This document shows positions 26,914 to 41,081 of a DNA stretch of 64,000 nucleotides, piece after piece (within the stretch, counting starts at the first letter, position 1; every line of letters starts with the position of its first letter). The notes beneath the pieces were generated by a model, which saw only the letters and a program-made list of their open reading frames with translations, searched no databases and was not told where the DNA came from. The stretch covers positions 62,682,001 through 62,746,000 of the forward strand of contig NC_043010.1 in assembly GCF_006345805.1 (NCBI RefSeq). Reading direction: 5' to 3'. Source of the DNA: Octopus sinensis (taxonomy: Eukaryota). Position numbers and translations under genes: made by a program.

Positions 26914-27172
26914 TATAAAATAAAATACATGTCTGAATAGCCGAGAGCGGATTTCTTCTCCCAGCTGGGTCTTATTCTCTGCATACACTGTAGAATATCA
27001 TGGGGCCGGCACCTATGCGCCGAGACTGATATTCACTGAATATTGTTGAGTATACATGTTACCTAACAAGGTACCTCAATTTAAGTACCTAATTTAACTG
27101 AATCTTAATTGTATTTACATACACACACACATAGATACATATGTACATACATACATACAAACATACACACAT

Positions 27173-27203
<31 letters not shown>

Positions 27204-27482
27204 TACATACATACACACACACATACATACATACATACGTACAACATACATATATACATACATACATACATACAAACATACACACACATACATACAGACA
27301 GACACATACATACATACATACATACATACATACATACATACATACAAACATACACACACATACATACAGACAGACACATACACACATACATACATACATA
27401 CATACATACATACATACATACATACATACATACATACACACTGCCACATTTAGTTGGCAAAATATATTTCACGATTTATTAA

Positions 27483-27705
27483 GGCGGCGAGCTGGCAGAA
27501 ACGTTAGCACTCAGGGCGGAATGCTTAGCGGTATTTGGTCTGTCTTTACGTTCTGAGTTCAAACTCCGCCGAGGTCGACTTTGTCTTTCATCCTTTCGGG
27601 GTCGATAAATTAAGTACCAGTTGCATACCGGGGTCGATCCAATTGACTGGGCTCCCCCCCCCCCCAAAAAAAATTTCGGGCCTTGTGCCTAGAGTAGAAA
27701 AGAAT
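27483..27705 (+). mobile_element. SINE family B with the alternative tail (gggccttgtgcctagagtagaaaagaat)
   Basis: Full head and body. Similar copies lie at about 7231-7350, 41770-41930 and 43799-44015. Confidence 0.9.
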
Positions 27706-27865
27706 ATATATATATATATATATATATATTCTACATCGAGTGAGAGACGAGATGGACGCTTCGCTTTTGTGCTGGTGCCCCACCCTGTCGTACGCGACTG
27801 TGAAGATTTGCATCCCCAACGTAAAACTTACAATGTAATACATGTCCTTGAAGTAGTAATTGTAC

Positions 27866-27943
27866 GCGGCTGAAGAGGGCCATAGACACACATTATGCAT
27901 TGTTATAAATCCGTCTAATAAAGGCCCGAAACATATGTACCGC
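27866..27943 (+). ncRNA. Minimal type I hammerhead ribozyme motif, intact (Penelope-like-element type)
   Basis: Stem I GCGG(27866-69)/CCGC(27940-43); core CTGAAGA(27870-76); stem II GGGCC(27877-81)/GGCCC(27923-27); GAAA(27928-31); helix III A-C-[ATAT]-G-T forms the palindrome ACATATGT; cleavage triplet GTA(27937-39). All canonical core positions are present. Confidence 0.78.
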
Positions 27944-28061
27944 TGAATCCTTGGCATCATGTTTTTATTTTGATTAATATACTCTACCACCTAAACCACT
28001 AAATGGTATATACAGGTGCTTACAATTATCAAGTATTCACCCTGAATTTATATATATATAT

Positions 28062-28093
<32 letters not shown>

Positions 28094-28162
28094 ATTTGCA
28101 TATTTCTGTTTCTCTCCATATACATTTTCTATGACAGATCACCAAGTTTTTGTTATTAGTAG

Positions 28163-28210
28163 CTGATGAGCTCCAAGGTCGCCGATACAGGCGAAATTCG
28201 GAGTAGCAAC
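28163..28210 (+). ncRNA. Degenerate hammerhead-like motif
   Basis: CTGATGA(28163-69)...GC-GAAA(28193-96)-TTCGGA-GTA(28203-05). Stem I pairing is not convincing. Confidence 0.3.
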
Positions 28211-28305
28211 ATTGCATAGTCATAGCACTATGATAAATATCGTGGCTAATATGCCTGAAGTGAATTCCTTCTTGATTTTTGGTATTATGTTCTATGGCGG
28301 CCCCA

Positions 28306-28375
28306 GGCGTATAGTGTAGTGGTAAAGAGCGCGGGCTACAAACCCCAAGATTCCGAGTTCGATTCCAGGCAGTGA

Positions 28376-28450
<75 letters not shown>

Positions 28451-28652
28451 CAACAATAACAACAATAATAATAACAACAATAATAATAACAACAATAACA
28501 ACAATAATAATAACAATAACAATAATAACAATAACAATAATAACAATAACAATAATAACAATAACAATAATAATAACAATAATAATAATAACAATAATAA
28601 TAATAACAATAATAATAATAACAATAATAATAATAACAATAATAACAATAAC

Positions 28653-28693
<41 letters not shown>

Positions 28694-28943
28694 TAATAAT
28701 AATAACAATAAATAATAATAATAAATAATAATAACAATAATAACAATACAATAATAATAATAATAATAATAACATAACAATAATAATAATATAATAATAA
28801 TAATAATAACAATAATAATAATAATAACAATAATAATAATAATATAATAATAATAACAATAATAATAATAACAACAATATAATAATAATAATAATAATAA
28901 CAATAATAATAATAATAATAATAACAATAATAATAATAATAAC

Positions 28944-29014
<71 letters not shown>

Positions 29015-29030
29015 TAATAATAATAATAAC

Positions 29031-29096
<66 letters not shown>

Positions 29097-29097
29097 C

Positions 29098-29141
<44 letters not shown>

Positions 29142-29157
29142 TAATAATAATAATAAC

Positions 29158-29227
<70 letters not shown>

Positions 29228-29228
29228 C

Positions 29229-29260
<32 letters not shown>

Positions 29261-29264
29261 TAAC

Positions 29265-29308
<44 letters not shown>

Positions 29309-29348
29309 TAATAATAATAATAATAATATTAATAATAATAATAATAAC

Positions 29349-29413
<65 letters not shown>

Positions 29414-29464
29414 TAATAACAATAACAATAATAATAATAATATAATAATAATAATAATAATAAC

Positions 29465-29513
<49 letters not shown>

Positions 29514-29617
29514 TACTAATAATAATAACAATAATAATAATAACATATAATAATACCAATAATAACAATAACAATAATAATAATAAATAATAATATAATA
29601 ATAATAATAATAATAAC

Positions 29618-29655
<38 letters not shown>

Positions 29656-29659
29656 TAAC

Positions 29660-29731
<72 letters not shown>

Positions 29732-29850
29732 TAATAATAATATAATAATAATAATAAAATAATAATAATAAAATAATATAATAATAATAATAATAACAAT
29801 AAAATAATAACAATAATAATAATAATAATAAAATAATAATAATAAATAAC

Positions 29851-29886
<36 letters not shown>

Positions 29887-29887
29887 C

Positions 29888-29934
<47 letters not shown>

Positions 29935-29993
29935 TAATAATAATAACAATAATAATAATAACAATAATAACAATAACAATATAATAATAATAA

Positions 29994-30088
<95 letters not shown>

Positions 30089-30341
30089 TAATAATAATAA
30101 CAATAATAATAATAACAATAATAATAATAATAATAATAATAACAATAATAATAATTACAACATCGAAAGATATGTTAGGAATGAGAACCCAGGTTAAAAT
30201 TTCCCCACGACACCTGATGAAGGCTGGAGGGTATATCAGCCGAAATGTTGTGTTAACAACAAACAAGATGAGGACGAATATGTCAAATGTAAATAATGTA
30301 AATAATGTACATAATTCCACGTCTCTTAAACATAGAACTGT
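28306..30341 (+). mobile_element. Composite element, copy 2: tRNA-like head + about 1.8 kb (TAA/CAA)n + hammerhead-bearing tail
   Basis: Head and tail are homologous to those at 8735-9258; array 28381-30159; the tail contains the 30210-30253 motif. Confidence 0.8.
30210..30253 (+). ncRNA. Hammerhead-like motif in the 3' domain of the tRNA-head/(TAA)n element
   Basis: Stem I ACAC/GTGT; CTGATGA(30214-20) plus an extra A; stem II GGCTG/CAGCC; GAAA-T-GTT, probably a CpG-decayed AACGTT palindrome. Confidence 0.5.
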
Positions 30342-30427
30342 TCTACTTCTTGTTTGTTGCACCAAGACTGTCTATCTATCTGTCTGTCTGTCTGTCTATA
30401 CACACACACGCGCGCGCACACATATTA

Positions 30428-30845
30428 GGGGCAGGAGTGGTTGTGTGGTAAGAAGCTTGTTTCCCAACCACATGGTTCTGGGTTCAGTCCCACTGCGTGG
30501 AACCTTGTACTATAGCCTCGGACCAACCAAAGCCTTGAGAGTGGATTGTGTCTGTGTTTATCCCCCCCCCCACCACAACCATCGCTTGACAACCAACGTT
30601 GATGTGTTTACGTCAGCTTAACTTAGCGGTTCGGCAAAAGACACCGATAGATTAAACACCAGGCTTACGACGGCTAAGTCCAGGGGCCGATTTCTTCGAC
30701 TAAAAAACCAAGGCAGTGCTCCAGCAGACACAAATACACACATATATATACGACGGGCTTCTTTCAGTTTCCGTCTACCAAATCCACTCACAAGGCTTTA
30801 GTCGGCTCGAGGCTATAGCAGAAGACACTTGCCCAAGGTGTCACG
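30428..30845. mobile_element. Two partial SINE family A copies in opposite orientations
   Basis: Plus-strand copy at about 30428-30730; minus-strand piece at about 30735-30845. Confidence 0.75.
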
Positions 30846-30984
30846 CATAATAAGTGTATGTATGTCTTCATTGACTGCGCTGAAGAGTTTAGTGGAGCAA
30901 CTAAAATCTCCAGCACTATTTCTAAAGCCTGCTATTTAATCCATCGGTCGCCTTTTGCTGAACCGCTAATCAAAACCGTATGAA

Positions 30985-31048
<64 letters not shown>

Positions 31049-31055
31049 TACATAT

Positions 31056-31326
31056 ATATTGTTATATTTCGGAATGGCCGTTTTGCCAGTTTAGCCAATA
31101 AAAACACACGCACTATATATTTGTGTTACTTTGCTTCAGTGTTATTTATTTTTTACATTAATCTTAATCTTATTTCGGCCACAGTTCTTTCTTATTTTGG
31201 CCGAAATAAGATTAAGTTTAATGTAAAAAATAAATAAGACTGAAGCAAAATAACACCAAAAATATATAGTGCGTGTGTTTTTATTGGCTAAACTGGCAAA
31301 ATGACCATTCCGAAATATAACAATAT
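31056..31326. repeat. About 270-bp near-perfect palindrome (foldback)
   Basis: Arms of about 125 bp, atattgttatatttcggaatgg...ttatttcggcca / tggccgaaataa...ccattccgaaatataacaatat, with a spacer of about 16 nt. Confidence 0.9.
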
Positions 31327-31382
31327 CTGTTTCAACACACGACTTCACATAAAAAATCTTGCACAACAAATATATAAACGTA

Positions 31383-31435
<53 letters not shown>

Positions 31436-31442
31436 TATGTAT

Positions 31443-32025
31443 TCTTTTACTTGTTTCAGTCATTTGACTGTGGCCTTCCGGGAGTACCGCCTTTAGTCGA
31501 GCAAATCGACCCCAGAACTTATTCTTTGTAAGCCTAGTACTTATTTTATCGGTCTCTTTTTGCCAAACCGCTAAGTTACAAGGCCGTAAACACACCAGCA
31601 TCGGTTGTCAAGCGATGTTGGGGGAAGGGGGGACAAACAGACACACAAGCATATACACACACCTACATATGTACATGTACATATATACGGTGGGCTTCTT
31701 TCAGTTTCTGTCTACCAAATCCACTCACAAGGCTTTGGTCGGCCCGAGGATATAGTAGAAGACACTTGCCCAAGGTGCCACACAGTGGGAACGAACCCGG
31801 AACCATGTGGTCGGCAAGCAAGTGTCTGTGTTTGTCCCCCCTAGCATTGCTTGACAACCGATGCTGGTGTGTTTACGTCCCCGTCACTTAGCGGTTCGGC
31901 AAAAGTGACCGATAGAATAAGTACTGGGCTTACAAAAGAATAAGTCCCGGGGTCGATTTGCTCGACTAAAGGCGGTGCTCCAGCATGGCCGCAGTTAAAT
32001 GACTGAAACAAGTAAAAGAGAAAAA
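31443..32025. mobile_element. SINE family A minus copy joined to an inverted 3' half
   Basis: 31443-31815 on the minus strand and 31823-32025 on the plus strand, giving inverted arms of about 200 bp. Confidence 0.85.
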
Positions 32026-33002
32026 GAAAATATATATATATATATATAAGTAGATAGATGGATGGATAGATAGACATATATTATGTGTGTGTGTATGTAT
32101 GCATATAACACACACAGACACACAAGTGTAGACCACATTATAAGTTATAACTACTTGTGGCTATCTGTCTGAAAGACTCTCTCTTACTCACTCACTTTCT
32201 CTCTCTCTCTCTCTCCCTCCTCCTATTTCACTTTATTTCCTATCTTTCCTCCCTCCCTCCTCCCCTCTCTCTCTCTCTCTCGCTGTCTTTTTTAGTCTTT
32301 GTGTCCTGTCTCTCTCCGTCTCTCCATCTCTTGTGTACCAGTCTGTCCATAACACTTCTCCTGTATCAAGTGTGTGTTTAAGTATATTATATATGACAAT
32401 TAGCCCTTATGTGCGTGTGTGTGTGTATGTAAATATCTAACACTATACTATGCATGTGTGTGTGGCTGTAATGGTTGTCTCTGTCCGTCCATCCGTCCGT
32501 CTGTCTGTCTTCTCTCCTCTCTGTCTTCTTTCTCTATTCTCTTCCACACAAACCCCCACATATTTTATATATTTATATATATATATATATAATACAGCAC
32601 ACAAACATAAACACACACACACACATATATGAGTGTGTCTATAATGTAGACGCTCTCATACACACATACAGCCACACGAACAGGGTATCCACAATATTAC
32701 TGCCTATACTTGGAAATCTGCCCACCCTTGCCTTTCCCTCTCTCTATCCCTCTTTTACAAAATTGCAAACACACACACACACAACATGTATATATATACA
32801 CACGCATTCTCGACTTGACACAAACATATACATACAATCACACAGTGTTAACTCCACGCGTTCTCTCTCGTCCTCTCTCTCTCTCTCGTCCACACACACA
32901 CACACACACACACATTTACTTACCCCCCTCCTTCACTTCCAGCCTCTGCCATATATACTAAAAGACTAACAATTAAATACACACACACACATAAATATAT
33001 GC

Positions 33003-33066
<64 letters not shown>

Positions 33067-33665
33067 ATTGTATTTGCTCATATACATGCACGCACAGACA
33101 TATACACATATACATATATAGGATAGACGGCACTGTATATACAAACATATATGTACATATACAAACACATAGACCCAATATCATAAACATTGACATCTCC
33201 CACACAACACATATATATACACATATACACACACACGGTCAGTTGTCATCCCTGTATATTTATACATACACACACACGCATATATATATATATATATATA
33301 TCTATATATATATATATATATATGTATGCATACACCGTATACAAATGCACGCATATATATATATATATAGACATCAAGCTTATACATACACACACTTACA
33401 GGATGGTATTACAGACAACCATTACAACCACACACACACACATATGCATAGTATTGTATTAGTTATTTACATACACACACGCACATAAGGGCTAATTGTC
33501 ATTTATATATATTAAACATAAACACACACAGACTTTCATAAACATAAACACACACACACATAAGAATAGTGTCAGTATCATATATATACATGCACATACA
33601 ATATATATAGTTACACACTCATACACAGTTGTATAGGATGCGCACACACACACTTACAAAGATGT

Positions 33666-33696
<31 letters not shown>

Positions 33697-33921
33697 CAAA
33701 TACATATGTAAACATGTATAATACATATACATGTATACACATACACACACACACACACAGAGGCGAGTGCGCGCGCTGTGTTAGGCCTCCGCCTCCACCT
33801 TAACAAGACACACAAATAGACTGTTATACACACACACCTCAGTGACCCGCCCCTCCAACACTCTACGCCGTCTTATGTACACATTAACACCATACGAGAG
33901 ACACCCACCCTTTCTTTCCTG

Positions 33922-33953
<32 letters not shown>

Positions 33954-34117
33954 CTCACTCACTCTCTTTTGCCCCTCCCCCTCCCACTGCACTCAACATA
34001 CTACACTCACACACAAAAATTATACACACCCTAACCACTTTTCTCCCTACTCATATACAGCATAACACACACACTCACACACACATATTTATATATATAT
34101 ATATACACAAACATATA

Positions 34118-34156
<39 letters not shown>

Positions 34157-34535
34157 ATATAGCTGTGTGTATATATATATATATATATATGTATGCATGT
34201 GTTATACGCTACATACAAACACGTATACACGCGCACATCCCCTCCATGTGCGCATCCTCACCCCCACACACCATTGCCGTTATCTCGTCCCCTTCACACA
34301 CACACAGCTACCCGACACTTAACTAAAACTACACACACACATATAGATATGTAGCACGCATACACACACACATATAGACTATTCATTACTTCAATCTTTC
34401 TTTCCTCTTCACACACAAACACACACATACACATGCATGCACACATACGCACGCATGCACAGATACACGCGGAATCGAAACCACGCTCCCCTCTTAGTAC
34501 ACCCCACCCCCCACCGCCGACTTGCTCTCTGCACA

Positions 34536-34579
<44 letters not shown>

Positions 34580-37500
34580 CCACCACCAAACCAATGAGAG
34601 AGAGAGAGAGAGCCATTACGTGGTCGCTTCACCTGCTAGAAAAAGCAGCCACATTTCCCTCCAATCGCACTTCCTAGCACCTTCGAAAACTGACGGGATG
34701 CTCACGGCTGGAACGCCTGTGGTCGTAGGTCTGCTCGGTCACGGCTGACCTGCAGCTAAACAAGCACAAACACGGACACGAAACCACAACATAATTTTGC
34801 CACCACCTCGTCCACTTGCACGCACTCACACACACACCCTACACTATAACTAAAGTATACCCCACCACCTTTCACACACATCTGTATTGCACCACCACAC
34901 TGTACCATACAACAATGCCACACATCCACTCCACGCCCTCCACAACAGACCACCACGCCATACACCAAACCAGACTAAACCACACCACAATCAACCATTT
35001 TTCACCGCCAGACACTCGCCATACTAATGCATCTTATACACACTTCACACACACTGACACGTACACCCCACAGCACTTAAGAAACTACATACCCTAACCT
35101 CTCTTCCTTCACACTCATCCTTACATACATATGCATACACACACACGCACACCTACCATCACTGCCTCACATTATACACACGCACACAGATACATATATA
35201 TATGCACACATACAACCACCAGTCTCTCCACACACATACATATATAGAACCACCACACACTATCTCTCTGTCTCTACTCAAATACACACACACACATCAA
35301 CCACTACACACCACGCTCTCCTACCTCTAACCCTCCTATTCTCTCGACACACAAACACCAGGTTTTCACCTCACTGCCACACCGCCATACTCTTCCCTCC
35401 TACACACACACACAAATATACGTATACACACCATACTAATCCCTTACCTCAATCTATACACACACACACACACGCACATACACATACACACACAGAGATC
35501 ACATACTCATATTACCCAGTCCCCTCTCTACTCCACACACACACACACACTATCAACCAACCGCTCAACTCCTCCTCCCCGTTCTGAACACACAAATCTC
35601 ACCACCACCTTGCTTCACATACCACCACCACCGACACCATACTCCAAACACACCACCTCACTCACATACTAAGTCCCTTACAAACGCACCAACACTAAAC
35701 ATACCATAGCCCCACCTCATATATATATATACACACACACACACATACAGCACCGGGTTCACCACCACCACTACCACCACCAACACACAAACCTACCAGC
35801 CCTACCTCTATATACACCACGGTTTCACCACCGTGCTAAACATACCAACCTCCACTTCTCCTGTTATACACCACTGTTTCACCACCACAGAAGCGCACCA
35901 GCCCCACCTTCCCGTCCACACTACAGTTTCACCACCTTACTAAATATACCGGCTCCCCCGCCCCACGCACACTTTCATATACACACCACTGGCTCGCCGC
36001 CGCCGCCACCACCTCCACATAAACCATACCAACCCCCCTACCTTTATATACAGACCACGGTTTCACCACCATGCTATACATGCCAGCCCCTCTCTATCAA
36101 CACACCATAGTCTCACAGCCACACTAAACATACCAACCCCTTCGCGCTCTCACATACACACACACACACACAAACCATAGTTCCAACACCACCACCACCT
36201 CCTCCGCCAGCATACTATACGCATAGTCCCCAGCAAGCTCACACATACACCACTCTCACCTCCTCTCTACACAAGGCCAGCCCTTCCATACAAACAACAC
36301 ACACACACACACACACACTAGCACACCATACATATCAGTCCCCTGCAAACAACACCACCACCACCACCACCACAACCATTATCATCACCACCGCCACCGC
36401 CGTCTCACTCTCACCACCTCACCATATTCAGACCGTCTCCAGAGAACCGTCTGATCCACGCAGTAGGTGGTTCTGAGCAAGATGCCGACTCGGTCCTGGT
36501 CTCCAGTCCAATATGATGACACTTGGTCAGTGATGAAACAGTAGCGAGGTAAGGAAGACTTCAATATCCACTCATTTTTCTCACACCACTAGCCATTGCC
36601 CACTCCATTCATTGACCTGGCCATCCTCGCTTCTCCTCTGCACACACCCTGACGCAGCCCTATTGATTCACCTTTGCTATTTTCTTTTCTTTGTATATTT
36701 ATCTCTATGTATATACCTGTTTACCTCGATCGATCTACCTATCATTCAATCTTTATCTATCAATCTCCCTCTGTCTATTTATCTATCTCTCTATCTGTTC
36801 ATCTATCTATCTATCTATCTATCTATTTATCTATCTGTCTATGCATCTAAATATTTATCTATCTATCTACCTATCCATATATCTATCTGTCTGTCTGTTT
36901 ATCTATTCATCGATCTATATATCTCCATCTACCTGTTCGTCTACATCTACATTTCGTTCCTTTTTTATTCTCTCAATTCTCTGCTTTCTTCTTTCGTTCA
37001 TTCTTTTCCTCCTACGTCTCTCCTCTTCTCTCTATCCATCTATTTATCTATCCGTGTGTCTGTCTACACATCTATCTATCTCTCTATGCATCTCTCTCTT
37101 TCCCCTCCACCAACCCATTAGGTGTGACAGGTGACACAGTCCACTACCCCCGCCACCGCAACCACCGTTGGTGACCGAGGTGACTGGTTCCTATCTTCTC
37201 TCACTCCTTTGCCCTCTTCCCGCATCCATTTATCAGCTCATCCTTACTTACACATCTATCTTTTTCTCTCATTTACATGCATGTGTAAATATACGTACAC
37301 ACATGTACACATCTATACATACACAGACAACACACACACTTACAATAGGTTTTAAAGTGATATAAGTGACTCAAGGGTCCAGAGTTTCGTGCACCAGAGT
37401 TTCGTGTATCTGTGTATGTGATCCGAGAAAATACTTCGCGGGGTTTAGTTATATGCCGTTACGATTTGAGATCGAGTCCCACCAAGGTCGACATTACTTA

Positions 37501-37925
37501 TTCATTCGCTTGGGGTTTATGATATTTGATTGTATACCTTCGCGCCCTCCACAAACTACGTGGTCTGACCATGCCAGAAACCTCTCGTCTATGTCTGTGT
37601 GAGTGTGTGTGTAGGTGTGCACGCACGCGTGTGCTTATTCGTTCGTGTATCTGTTTTCCTTATCTGTCGATTCCACACATATACCTACCTACCTACCTAC
37701 ATGCATGCATACTTATATATATATATTTATATATGTATAGATGTATACATGCTTGTGGTAAACAGTCGACAGTGCCGGCAGGATAATGTTGATTTCTTCA
37801 AAAGTTACCGTGTTATTTAAATCGGTACTCCAGCATGACCGTAGTTTGACTGAAACCACTAAAAGAATATGTAGGTTCTCCACTCCGTATTCCTTACCTT
37901 CGTCATATATATGTATTTATGTATG

Positions 37926-37979
<54 letters not shown>

Positions 37980-38047
37980 TATATATATATATATATATAT
38001 ATGTCTATATATATATATATGTCTGTGTGTATATACATATATATATG

Positions 38048-38100
<53 letters not shown>

Positions 38101-38664
38101 GTATATTTATATATATACATATATGTATATATGTGTATATGTATATTTCAGGGAAATACCATTATCGCCGGTATATAAATTTATAAATTTACAACCCCTT
38201 TGGTCTGTAACTGGTTTGATAATGTGCTAACGCACGGAACTCTCAGCCCTTGAGTCACTTTGTTGTTTCTGCTTAATATTATCTCAATCTATCTATCTAT
38301 ATATATATATATAATTTCCATTGAGACAATTATGCCCATATGTGTGTATTTGTGAGGATGAGGATGTAAAGATACCGCAACGAGTTCGGTGGTCTTGGAG
38401 GACCTCCAAAGGTCATGAGTATCGTTCCTTCTTCCTCTACTCTAGTCTGCAAGTAAAAAAAAAAAATATATATATATTAAAAATATGCATAAATGTTTGT
38501 GCAATCTACGTTTACAAAGTATATAGGCATGACCCCTTTTTTTTGAGGGTCAGAGGGAATGGATCCCTGAAGTATGATAAATCATAAAGGACCAGTTGGT
38601 TACATAACACTTAAAACTTCCCCCTACTTTTCGCTCTCTCGCTATATATGTGTGTGTATGTATG

Positions 38665-38699
<35 letters not shown>

Positions 38700-40172
38700 G
38701 TATATATATGTGTGTGTGTGAATATGTATATATATGTATGTATATATATGTATATATATATATATATATAATGTGCATAAGTATATATGTATATATATAT
38801 ATATAATATATTATGTATATATACAAATACCTAGTATTTTTTATTAGTTCTGGTCATGTTGGGACTCCATTTTATATATGTATGTGTCTGTTCTCTACCA
38901 CCGCGCTCGACTCCCGATGTTGGTGTGTTTACGTCCCCGCAACCTAGCGGTTGGGCCGAAGGAACCGATAGAATAAGTACGAAGCTTTACAAAAAAGATT
39001 AGAAAGTGCTCGGAGGTGGGGGTCGATCGGTTCGATTATAATTCAAGGTGGTGCTCCAGCATGGCCGCAGACTCAGGACTGAGACAAGTAAGGTGTATGT
39101 GTGTGGTGTGTCTGTGTGTTGGAGGCTTGTGTAATTAATGTGTGGTGTCCTACCCTTCATGTCTCTCACTCGCATCTTTCCTCTCTCTGTTATCTCTCAA
39201 TCACATCAAGTTCTCTCTCTCTCTCTCTCTCTATCTCCTCATTCTCTCATTCTTTCTTCTTCCCCTCTCTTCCCTTTTGTACAAACTGACCATTAACCCC
39301 TTTGCTTTAACTACCAGTAAGTAGCCTTACAATGATGATAGAAAAGGCAGTAAGTCTTTGGTTGGCTTCATGACCCTTGGGCTAGGTCAGCGGCTACTCT
39401 CCACTCCAAACCTGCTGACCACTTCCACCACCAGCACCACCACCACCACCACCACTACTGTCCTAAGTAATTGAGACATAATCAGCCTCTGTGATACAAA
39501 GAAAGTTAAGATCCTTCCCTCTTGTCTTGTGTTTCTTGTAGGTTTTGATCATAACCATTGATTGTGTGTGTTTAGAAGGAGAGAGAATTTTATGCACATC
39601 AATTTAGAGATAAATATATGCAATATAGGAGCAAGTGTGGTTGTGTGGTAAGAAGCTTGCTTCCCAACCACATGGTTCCAGGTTCAGTACCATGGCAGGA
39701 TATCTTGCCTCTTTCTTTTGCCTTGGGCTCCAGCATGGCCACAGACTGAAACAAGTAAAACAATGTGCAATATGTAAGACTTATGTGGATGATGATGGGG
39801 TTGTTCGTAGCCAAAGTTAAGACTGATGACTTCTAAAAAGAAAATAAATGAATAAAATTTCCAGTTTATTTTAGAGAGTAAAATAAGGAATTTGTGGTGT
39901 GCAGGTCATCAGTGAATTCTTTGTGAAAGTTTTGAAGTTGTTTGACCTCAGGCCAGACATGGTGCAGTAGATCTATGATAAAAGATATACTCATTGTGAA
40001 TATGTTACCTATAGTCTCTATCTTGGACTACATTTCATAATGTGTCTATCCTTTTTTAAGACTGTATGATGTGATTTGAGGAAATTTGGTTGCTTTTTCT
40101 AGACACACTTTTTGGTTCACTGATATGGTAGTTCAGCTAGGGATTGAAACCTAATTATTGGTTGTCGTTTAA

Positions 40173-40630
40173 CCCTTTAGTGTTTAAACCGGCCATATCC
40201 AGCCCAATATATTCTACATGTTTTATATTTGAACTAGCCATATCTGGCCTCTCACACCTAACCTACATTGACATTCTAAAAATAAATAATCACACACCAA
40301 TCCGACCGTGGCCGTTGTCAGCCTTGCCTGGCACCTGTGCAGGTGGCACGTAAAAAGCACCCACTACACTCACGGAGTGGTTGGCGTTAGGAAGGGCATC
40401 CAGCTGTAGAAACACTGCCAGATAAGACTGGAGCCTGGTGCAGCCTTCTGGCTTCCCAGATCCCCGGTCGAACCGTCCAACCCATGCTAGCATGGAGAAC
40501 GGACGTTAAACGATGATGATGATGATGATGATTATTGAAACCTCAAAGCTGTGAGATAATGCATGATTAATTCAAAACAATTTGAGTGAAAAAGTATTAC
40601 ATTTAACAAAGTAATCTGAATGCTAAAGGG
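40173..40630. mobile_element. piggyBac-type MITE (second family) carrying a nested family C SINE (about 40296-40532)
   Basis: TTAA|CCCTTTAG...CTAAAGGG|TTAA. Related pieces occur at about 41975-42122, 46150-46343 and 48770-48940. Confidence 0.7.
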
Positions 40631-41081
40631 TTAAATATTTTTGAACAAAGTGTTATATTTTGGATCGTTATATTAACTATCAAACTGTACCAGAAAATAC
40701 TTAACTGTGTCAAATAATATTTAACTATATCAGACAAAATCTAATCGTATTACACAATATTTAATAGTCTCAAACAATATGAAACTGTCTTAATACAAAA
40801 CTTCTATCAAACTTTATTAATCAATATTAAAACTGTATCAAACGATATTTAAAAAGCACCTGTGTTGGGCCACATAAAAAGCATCCAGTACCTACTCTAA
40901 GGTGGTTGGCATTAGGAAGAGTATCCAGCCATAGAAACCATACCAAAACAAGCAGTTGGAGTCTGTTGCAACTCTCAGGCTGTCCAGCTCCTGTCAAACT
41001 GTCCAACCCATGCCAGCATGGAAAGCTGGTGTTAGAGGATGAGGATGATAATCATATAAAAATTGTATCAAATTATATTAA

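Noticed and set aside
28029-30365. 778-aa and overlapping ORFs rich in I/L/Y
   Set aside because: They are reverse-strand readings of the (TAA/CAA)n array and have no domain content.
36431-36548. Plus-strand segment with a good acceptor and a GAG|gtaagg donor
   Set aside because: Stops occur in all three frames. It could only be a non-coding exon, which cannot be tested from sequence alone.
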